This document shows, piece by piece, positions 53,193-59,974 of a stretch of DNA of 64,000 nucleotides. The translations under genes were made by a program, and so were the position numbers. This DNA comes from Chloroflexota bacterium. Its GTDB lineage: Bacteria; Chloroflexota; UBA11872; VXOZ01. Under the pieces are notes generated by a model that made no database searches, was not told the DNA's origin, and was given only the letters and a program-made list of their open reading frames with translations. Each line of letters opens with the position of its first letter. Within the stretch, counting starts at the first letter, position 1. The stretch is from contig OZ244922.1 of NCBI GenBank assembly GCA_965221905.1, positions 1,632,001-1,696,000 of the forward strand, written 5' to 3'.

Positions 53193-54248
53193 TTACAGCG
53201 TAATGACCTGTCCCGCGGCTTGGGTGTAGCCGAGATACATGCGGATCACCTCGTGGGCGTCCTCGAGTGTGGCTGTGGTTGGTGGTGTGTTGTTGAGCAC
53301 GCTTTCAGCGAAAGCGATGATTTCCGGGGCATAGCCCAAGAGAAACAGCCCTTTGTTCGCGAGGCGCCCGTGCGAGAAGTCGGGCAGCCAGCGGCGCGGC
53401 GCGCTGGCATCGTCGCTGACAAACGAGTTCGGAGAGCGGGGTTGGCCCGGTGGGTAGTAGGTGAGGTCGATGCCGTTTTCAACGACGAGCGATGCGCCTT
53501 CGCCATTCACCTCCACACGGTCCCATGGCGCGTTTTCCCCCTTGCCCGCGGCCTGATGCAGACAGCCGATGCTGCCGTTAGCAAAGGTGAAGACGCCAAG
53601 CGAGCTACCCTTTCGCGATTCGTCGGCTAAGTAGAGCGTCTGCGGCGCGCCGAGCAAATATTGAAGAATCGACAACGGATGACAGCCGATTTGGAGAAAA
53701 CGCATCATCTCTCGGCTATGGGGGCGTCCCTCGGCTGGCGGCAGGTCCACGGCGTAGTGGACGTAGGCGGAGGTGGGCGCGCCAAACTCCGGTTGGGCCA
53801 TCAGGTGCTTTGCGTGCTGAATCGCGGGGTAGAAGGGCTTCTTAAATCCTACCTGGACAAAGCGTTGGGCCTCGTCGCGCGCCGCTTGCATGTCCTCGAT
53901 TTCCGCCAGCGTCGAGGCCGGCGGCTTTTCAATCCAGACGTGACGGCCCGCCCGCAGCACGTCAATTGCCACCGGCGCGTAACGGGGTCGTCCTGACGCA
54001 TCGTGATTGAGCACCACAAATACCGCGTCTAGCTCTTCCTGTTCGAGCATTTCGGCATAGTCCGTGTACCAGCGCCGGGCGCCAAACTGACGGGCGCAGA
54101 ATTGGGCCCGCTCCGGCACGAGATCGCAGATTGCGACCAACTCTACCGGCGCATACTGGAAGCTCGGCAAGATGCTCTGGAAGGCATGCCTACCGCAGCC
54201 GATGAATGCAGCGCGTATGTGCTGCTTGTATTCATGGTTGAAGGGCAT
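53193..54248 (-). CDS. Gfo/Idh/MocA family oxidoreductase
   Basis: AAFIGCG, LDAVFV, HVWIEKP, QVGF motifs. Confidence 0.9.
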   Translation of the reverse strand: MPFNHEYKQHIRAAFIGCGRHAFQSILPSFQYAPVELVAICDLVPERAQFCARQFGARRWYTDYAEMLEQEELDAVFVVLNHDASGRPRYAPVAIDVLRAGRHVWIEKPPASTLAEIEDMQAARDEAQRFVQVGFKKPFYPAIQHAKHLMAQPEFGAPTSAYVHYAVDLPPAEGRPHSREMMRFLQIGCHPLSILQYLLGAPQTLYLADESRKGSSLGVFTFANGSIGCLHQAAGKGENAPWDRVEVNGEGASLVVENGIDLTYYPPGQPRSPNSFVSDDASAPRRWLPDFSHGRLANKGLFLLGYAPEIIAFAESVLNNTPPTTATLEDAHEVIRMYLGYTQAAGQVITL

Positions 54249-54338
54249 CTGGCTGATTCCTCTGTTTCGGCAGAATGAGGCTGCTAGTGATTAGGGCCGG
54301 TGCTACTCGGCGAGCATGATTGCTCGCAAAAAGCTGCG

Positions 54339-56315
54339 CTACCGACTGCCGCTGCTCTTACGGAGAATATTGCTGCGGCCGCGCGGCGGGCCTTCCGGCA
54401 GCCCGGAGGCGTCAACTTCGCGGCGGCGGCGCGCCTCATCCGAGAAGTACTTGGCCCATTCGCCGGGCGCATCGGGCTCTATGCCGCCGTGGCGGGTGAT
54501 CCGCTGCCTTACGCGTATTGCAAGCGGCGTGTTGACCGCGGCACCGGCCACGATCGCCTGCCCCTTGGAGAGCGCCGGCAGTTCCGCCAGGAGATCATGG
54601 CTCGCGCTCTCAACGGCGGCAGCCACACTACTCTGGTCGTATTCATTAACGATACGCAGTAAGAACTGCGTCATGCACTGCGAGAGCACGTCCGAGTCGA
54701 GCTTGCCCGGACGCTGGCTGATGAGGCCGACTCCTACCCCAAATTTGCGTCCCTCTGCCAGGATGGTCTTGAGTATATTCGTAGTTACCACGTCTTCATT
54801 CGCCGGAGCAAAGTGATGGGCCTCTTCGAGCAAAATGAAGACCGGATAGTCGAGGCGGTCTTTGGGGTTGCCTGTGCCTTTGACGGCGTTCATGCGCGCT
54901 TTCCATACCATCCGTAAGAGCACAGCCACGATTACTTGCTGCTGGCGGCGGTCGATCTCATTGAGCTGAAGCACTGAACAGAGGCCGGGGCGGAAGACCT
55001 GCTGCAGGTCCATGGTCTCAACATTGTCGAAGTTTGGAGACTCGGCAAAGAGGCTCTTCAGTCGCCAGTCGAGCGCCCGTGCACTGCCCCGCATCTGAAC
55101 ATCGGGCTTGGCGCGCGTGCTCTGCTGCTCCTGTCGGCCGGCGTTTTCGAGCCAGTCGAGGTCGCCGTCGCCTGAAGATGGATTCCCGCTTTCGCGGGAA
55201 TGACGGGCCGGGTCGGGCTGGGTCTCCTCTTCGCCATTCTGCATGTATGCCAGCGCCGCGTAGACATCGTTCATCGTCCAAGCGGTCTTGTCTTTGCGGT
55301 CGCCTTCTACTCGATCCAACGCCAACCGCAGCACGTATTCCATGGGCCCGGAAAGGCCGAATTGCGCGCCGAGCAGAAAGCGCAGATCGTGGAACGTGAG
55401 ATCGGAAACTCGGATCTTCACTTGGCCCTGGGGGACGACCTTCACATCCGCCTTGTAGCCTCCGTCGTACCCGTCGTCGGTGCGGAATTCTTTGGCATTG
55501 CGGATTTCTTCCAGCGTGTCGTACTCGCCATGGGGGTCGACAACCAGAATGCTGGCACGGTTGATGGGTTTCATCATCTCTTCGATGAGGACCGAGGCCA
55601 AGTAGCTCTTGCCCGCGCCGGTACCGGCGATAATTGCCATGTGGGTTGCGGTGATGGAGCGGACGTCCAACACCACCGGCACACCAGCGCCATCCTCTGT
55701 CAATCCCTCTTCCTCCGTTACTTCCGCGCCTTCTGCTATTCCCGCTCCCTCTGTCGTTCCCGCGGAAGCGGGAATCTCAGCGCGGCGTTTCAGGGGATTG
55801 AAAGCAGGGCGTGAAAGCAGCGACCCGACGAAAGCGCCGCCCCGCTGCGCCTCGCCTTCTTCCCAGTTGAAAGCGACCCGGTTCAGTACCTGCGCCAGCG
55901 CGTCGTCCGGGGCCAAATAGATTTTCCAGCCAATGCGGGGCGGGATACGTGGGTTGACGAAGGCACTCAACTGCGGATCGTGGTAGCCCATGATGCTCAC
56001 GTGGATTTCGAAGAGCTCCGCAGAGGCAGCGTCGGCATCGCGGTCGCCATCCAATGAAACGCCATTGGCGTTGGAGTAACCGACAAGGGCCGCCATTTGC
56101 GCTGGATCGACTTCCGGGTGGGCGAGAAAAGAGTCCGGGTATAGACGCAGCGGCACGCGTCGAATTACCCGCCCCAGGATCTGTCGCCGGACGCCATCAA
56201 CGTCAGCTTCGTAATAGACGAATTCGCTCGTCTTTACCCGACGCTCCGTGTCTGGAGTGACGAACGTGTACTCGTTCGGCGTCTCGCCGGGACCCTTGGC
56301 AATCCCTATATTCAT
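54339..56315 (-). CDS. HerA-like ATPase (HAS-barrel + DUF87/FtsK-HerA) with low-complexity insertions
   Basis: Walker A AGTGAGKS, DPHGEY, Walker B LLEEAH, arginine finger EGRKFG, SQRP, SQC.TQ. Confidence 0.88.
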   Translation of the reverse strand: MNIGIAKGPGETPNEYTFVTPDTERRVKTSEFVYYEADVDGVRRQILGRVIRRVPLRLYPDSFLAHPEVDPAQMAALVGYSNANGVSLDGDRDADAASAELFEIHVSIMGYHDPQLSAFVNPRIPPRIGWKIYLAPDDALAQVLNRVAFNWEEGEAQRGGAFVGSLLSRPAFNPLKRRAEIPASAGTTEGAGIAEGAEVTEEEGLTEDGAGVPVVLDVRSITATHMAIIAGTGAGKSYLASVLIEEMMKPINRASILVVDPHGEYDTLEEIRNAKEFRTDDGYDGGYKADVKVVPQGQVKIRVSDLTFHDLRFLLGAQFGLSGPMEYVLRLALDRVEGDRKDKTAWTMNDVYAALAYMQNGEEETQPDPARHSRESGNPSSGDGDLDWLENAGRQEQQSTRAKPDVQMRGSARALDWRLKSLFAESPNFDNVETMDLQQVFRPGLCSVLQLNEIDRRQQQVIVAVLLRMVWKARMNAVKGTGNPKDRLDYPVFILLEEAHHFAPANEDVVTTNILKTILAEGRKFGVGVGLISQRPGKLDSDVLSQCMTQFLLRIVNEYDQSSVAAAVESASHDLLAELPALSKGQAIVAGAAVNTPLAIRVRQRITRHGGIEPDAPGEWAKYFSDEARRRREVDASGLPEGPPRGRSNILRKSSGSR

Positions 56316-56395
56316 CTATTCGCGTTCCCAGCTCTTTGCGTTGGCAGACTAGTGCGGTGGCGGCGGTCTTGGCTGCATCTGCCGTTGAGTCTCTC

Positions 56396-57169
56396 CTACA
56401 ACTCTCGCCGAATTACGTCCAGCTCATCGGTCGCGCCCTTAATGAGAAAGCGTTGATCGTTAGCGAGGCCCATATAGCGAAAGCCCTGCTCAAGTCGCTT
56501 GTTCAACGCCTGACCGGAGCTCGTATGGATACCTGGAGCGACACCGTATTTCTGGGCCACGGTAACGACCTGGCTGACAGCGGCTTCAAAATCGGGATGG
56601 TCGCTATCGATGCTCGGTGGAATTCCCATTGAAGCGCAAAGATCGTTGGGGCCGATGAAGGCTGCGTCGATACCGGGCACGCTGAGAATGTCATCGAGAC
56701 GTCGAATGGCGTCGGCGTGCTCGATCTGAATTATGACGAGAAGCTGGTCGTTGGCGTGCTCCAGGTATGCAGCTTGGTTCGTGCGGAAGGCATAGTGGTT
56801 GCGCCCGCTGCCGATGCTGCGAATACCGGCCGGCGGATAGAGGCATGCTGCCACGGCCCGCTCGGCTTCTTCGCGCGTGCGCACCATCGGTACCACCACG
56901 CCATATGCGCCGGCATCGAGCACACGCTTAATCCAAACGTGGTCGTTCCAGGGCACGCGGGCGGTGGGTACCACGTCTGTCGTGTTGATGACCTGGAATA
57001 AGGCGCGGGTCTCGCGCACGTCAATGGAACCGTGCTCCATGTCCACGTTGAGCCAATCAAAGGCCATGTGGGCCAGGGTCTCGGTAGCCAGTGGGTCGCC
57101 AAGGGTAAGCCAGGCGCCGATCGCGGGTTTACCCGCTCTGAGGAGTTGCTTCACCGGATTTTCGCGCAT
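56396..57169 (-). CDS. HpcH/HpaI aldolase family protein
   Basis: FDWL.VDMEH, IKRVLDAGA.GVVVP, YPP.G.R, QIE, FIGPNDL. Confidence 0.93.
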   Translation of the reverse strand: MRENPVKQLLRAGKPAIGAWLTLGDPLATETLAHMAFDWLNVDMEHGSIDVRETRALFQVINTTDVVPTARVPWNDHVWIKRVLDAGAYGVVVPMVRTREEAERAVAACLYPPAGIRSIGSGRNHYAFRTNQAAYLEHANDQLLVIIQIEHADAIRRLDDILSVPGIDAAFIGPNDLCASMGIPPSIDSDHPDFEAAVSQVVTVAQKYGVAPGIHTSSGQALNKRLEQGFRYMGLANDQRFLIKGATDELDVIRREL

Positions 57170-57299
57170 ACGCTATTTTCCTCGTGCTCTGCTAGGGAAG
57201 GAACTGTGTTCCACCATAGTGTACCAGAGCGATCGCGCCACAATAGATTCCCGATAAATCAGGAGCGCGATCCTACCAAGAGAGGTAGTGGCGAGGCCG

Positions 57300-57725
57300 T
57301 TATACCAAGGTGGCTTTATCCACCAACGTTTCGGCCTTTGCGCGGTCGTCAGCGGCAAGCGCAACAATTGTGTGGCCGGATTGGCGCTCGAGGATATGCA
57401 GGCTCTGTATGTTCACGCCGGCCTGCTTGAACCGCTCGGCTACTTTAGCCAGAGCCCCCGGCTCGTCGGGGAGCCTGAGTACCAAGGACTGGTCTGAGAT
57501 TGCCTTGAAACCGGCATCCGCGAGAACTCGCAGGGCAGCGTCCTGAGCGTCAGTAGTGAGGGTGACGGTGCCGTGATCGTCGAGTCCTTCGGCGCTGATG
57601 GTCTCTATGTTGATTTCTGCGTCGGCCAGCGCCCGGCTAATATCGGCGATGACGCCCACTTCATTCTTCGCTATGACGGTAATCCTATTCATCTTCATCC
57701 TGCTGTCCTTTACTGTTGCTGTCAT
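57300..57725 (-). CDS. Tandem ACT-domain protein
   Basis: Two ACT repeats: NEVGVIADISRALADAEINI and DEPGALAKVAERFKQAGVNI; ATGA overlap with the decarboxylase stop. Confidence 0.88.
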   Translation of the reverse strand: MTATVKDSRMKMNRITVIAKNEVGVIADISRALADAEINIETISAEGLDDHGTVTLTTDAQDAALRVLADAGFKAISDQSLVLRLPDEPGALAKVAERFKQAGVNIQSLHILERQSGHTIVALAADDRAKAETLVDKATLV

Positions 57726-58828
57726 ACCAGGCAGTCGTCTACAACCAAATCTATCGTTTCACGAGTCACGTTGGGCATAGCAATCAGATGCGCGATGTCC
57801 TCGTAAGGCGCGAGTTGCCACTTGCGTATCACCTCGGCGGAAGGCTTTGGAAACACCACCGTGACCGAGTTCTGGTTCCGCCACGCCGGGATGCCGCAAT
57901 CGTTGAAGCGGGCCACGGCGTACTGGGCGACGGCCAGACACTCTGCTACGATCTCGCGGAAGCCATCCAATCCGTGCTGCTGGAGGGCGTACCACATGAT
58001 GAGCGGAGAAATGGCGTTGCGCGACCCCGCCAGTGTTGTGTCCAGCACGCCCACGTATTCTATGGAGCGAGCGATGCGCGCGACGTATTCACCCCGCGTC
58101 AGGGCGATTCCGCAGGGCAGGGGCGAACCGATCATCTTGTGGCCGCTGATCGAAACGCTATCGAACCCGGCATCGAATCCATAGGGCTGCGGCTCGTCTA
58201 CGAACGGCAAGATCATGCCGCTCAGAGCCGCGTCCGCGTGAATGTAGTAACTTGCAACCGCCAGATCGTCCAGGATCCCGCGCACCTTGCGCATGTCATC
58301 CACGGCCCCTTTCATGGTGGTGCCGATGTTCGCCAAGACAATGACAGGCGCGTCGCGGTTGATGCGGATGGTTTCGCGCAGATCGTCGTAGTCGATTTCG
58401 CCGTTGTCCCGGCTCTTGATCATGATGTTCCGCGCTTTCAAAACGCGCAGTATCTTGACGACGCTGTAGTGCGTATCCTGCGAAAAGTAGACCACGCCTT
58501 CCGGGAACATCTCGCGCGCCAAATAGAGCCCGTACATGTTGCCTTCGGTACCGCCGGAGGTGACATAACCCCACGCCTCATCGCGCGGCAGATGCATCAG
58601 GTCGGCGAAGGTTCCGATGACTTCTCTTTCGATCTCGTGCGTGTTGCTCTGGAAATTGCTGTCGTGAAACGGATCCCCGACGTTATTGGGACTGTACTCG
58701 AGGAAAGGCAGCAGCGCCGTGTAATCGAAATCTAAGTTGCAGGGGTACCCCACCGACCGTGCTCTCAGGTCGGCAAAGTCACGCAACAGGTCATCGAGCC
58801 GCTCTTGTGTAGAAGTTTTGGTTTGCAT
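57722..58828 (-). CDS. hdc: PLP-dependent group II decarboxylase (histidine/serine decarboxylase-like)
   Basis: GYP..LDFDY, NNVGDP, WGYVTSGGTEGN, THYSV.K, GTTM.GA.D, HADAA, SGHK (PLP lysine), GSRN. Confidence 0.82.
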   Translation of the reverse strand: MQTKTSTQERLDDLLRDFADLRARSVGYPCNLDFDYTALLPFLEYSPNNVGDPFHDSNFQSNTHEIEREVIGTFADLMHLPRDEAWGYVTSGGTEGNMYGLYLAREMFPEGVVYFSQDTHYSVVKILRVLKARNIMIKSRDNGEIDYDDLRETIRINRDAPVIVLANIGTTMKGAVDDMRKVRGILDDLAVASYYIHADAALSGMILPFVDEPQPYGFDAGFDSVSISGHKMIGSPLPCGIALTRGEYVARIARSIEYVGVLDTTLAGSRNAISPLIMWYALQQHGLDGFREIVAECLAVAQYAVARFNDCGIPAWRNQNSVTVVFPKPSAEVIRKWQLAPYEDIAHLIAMPNVTRETIDLVVDDCLV

Positions 58829-58961
58829 CGTTGATTCCTCACTGTAACGTTTCACTTTTGAGCATAGTGCAAACTCCGTGATAACTCCAATTCACTTGTC
58901 GCCAATATCTGCAAATTGATCCAACATCTTTTCTGTCAATGGGCGAGCGGCTGGGAAATGG

Positions 58962-58992
58962 GCAGGCCGCCGCAATCGCTGCGGCGGCCTGC
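58962..58992 (-). terminator. Perfect 13-bp GC hairpin (possible terminator)
   Basis: GCAGGCCGCCGCA-ATCGC-TGCGGCGGCCTGC; weak U-tract. Confidence 0.5.
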
Positions 58993-58997
58993 TATTG

Positions 58998-59222
58998 CCT
59001 CGCCAGGTGGGTTGCCCTGCTGCATCCGCAACACAGGCGGCGAAGATGGGCCTTGGCATGTGCCGAATGCATTCACCAAGAGTTGCAAAGTGCATAGCCC
59101 TATTGGGACGTGCCAACCTTCTGGCCCGGGTCGGCTGGCACGGCATCGTGGGAAAGACCCGACGCGTACCGCTCTACGTCCGTGCCTTCAGCCACAACTG
59201 TGCCGTCTCCACCTAACGCGGT
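58998..59222 (-). ncRNA. Candidate structured RNA (family not recognised)
   Basis: Nested long-range pairings 59001-10/59209-18, 59029-36/59198-205, 59037-45/59186-95, 59048-54/59154-60, 59061-65/59141-45, plus internal hairpins; G-U pairs favour the minus strand. Confidence 0.45.
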
Positions 59223-59234
59223 TCTGAGAGAACC

Positions 59235-59420
59235 CTAGTCTTGGGCCGGAGTAAGGGGACGAAATGAACGAGGAAGCTTGCGCATGAAGTCTGCGTCGAG
59301 GTTCGACTTGAGAAGCCGGTAGAGGAAGACCAGCCCAAGGACCGCCGCGGCCGTGATCACGGACGCCAGCAAACCGTGTTGCCTAACACTGTGCCTGATG
59401 CTCTCGCTGTGAATGCCCAT
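59235..59420 (-). CDS. Small (61 aa) single-TM protein
   Basis: Strong GGGAGGT RBS; GLLASVITAAAVLGLVFLY hydrophobic segment followed by a basic tail. Confidence 0.6.
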   Translation of the reverse strand: MGIHSESIRHSVRQHGLLASVITAAAVLGLVFLYRLLKSNLDADFMRKLPRSFRPLTPAQD

Positions 59421-59974
59421 GGCGCCACCTCCCAAATGGCTTAGACGGTTGCCCGCCGTTCCGATACGCCGATTTACATACACACAATCGCAATCTCTCT
59501 ACCTCCAACATACGGCATGAATAGAGGAATGTGTCGGAAGTTAAGCAAACTCCTAGCAAGGTCTTAGGCGGCTCTAAGAGAAGACGCCGAGAGGCGTAGA
59601 TGGGAGAAGACGGGGGTACAATCCAGGCGATTTGGCGGAGGCAATTCAGGACTACGGCGTGACCTGTCCGGGATGCCGATACCGCGTACAATAGTAGAAG
59701 CTATCATATAAATCGGTTCGATAGCCGATTCGTGCTTCGCCCCTGCGTCAAGCCTGTGCTGAGCTTGTCGAAGTGCTCGGGACAGGCAAGCTCAGGATAA
59801 GCGAGTTCAGCACGAACGGATTCTTGCCTTTTTCCGTTCGCCCCCGTATCGAGTACGGGGCAGGCTCTGAGCCTGTCGAAGGGCAAGTCTACACAGAGCG
59901 ATGTATATACGAGATAGCTTCCAGTCACGTATTTTTATTTCCATGTATGTCGGATTGAAGGAGCCGCAGCAGAG

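Noticed and set aside
48147-56315. SIR2-HerA two-gene defence system
   Set aside because: The genes are separated by an oppositely oriented AKR and a Gfo/Idh/MocA gene, and the SIR2 protein is far longer than the SIR2 partners of described SIR2-HerA systems.
58998-59222. Assignment as raiA motif, 6S, SRP, glycine or guanidine riboswitch
   Set aside because: Only short partial resemblances (UGUGGCUGAA, CCCACCUG, GGAGA..GAAGG, CUAGGGUUC); the other conserved blocks are not recognisable, so it is left unassigned.
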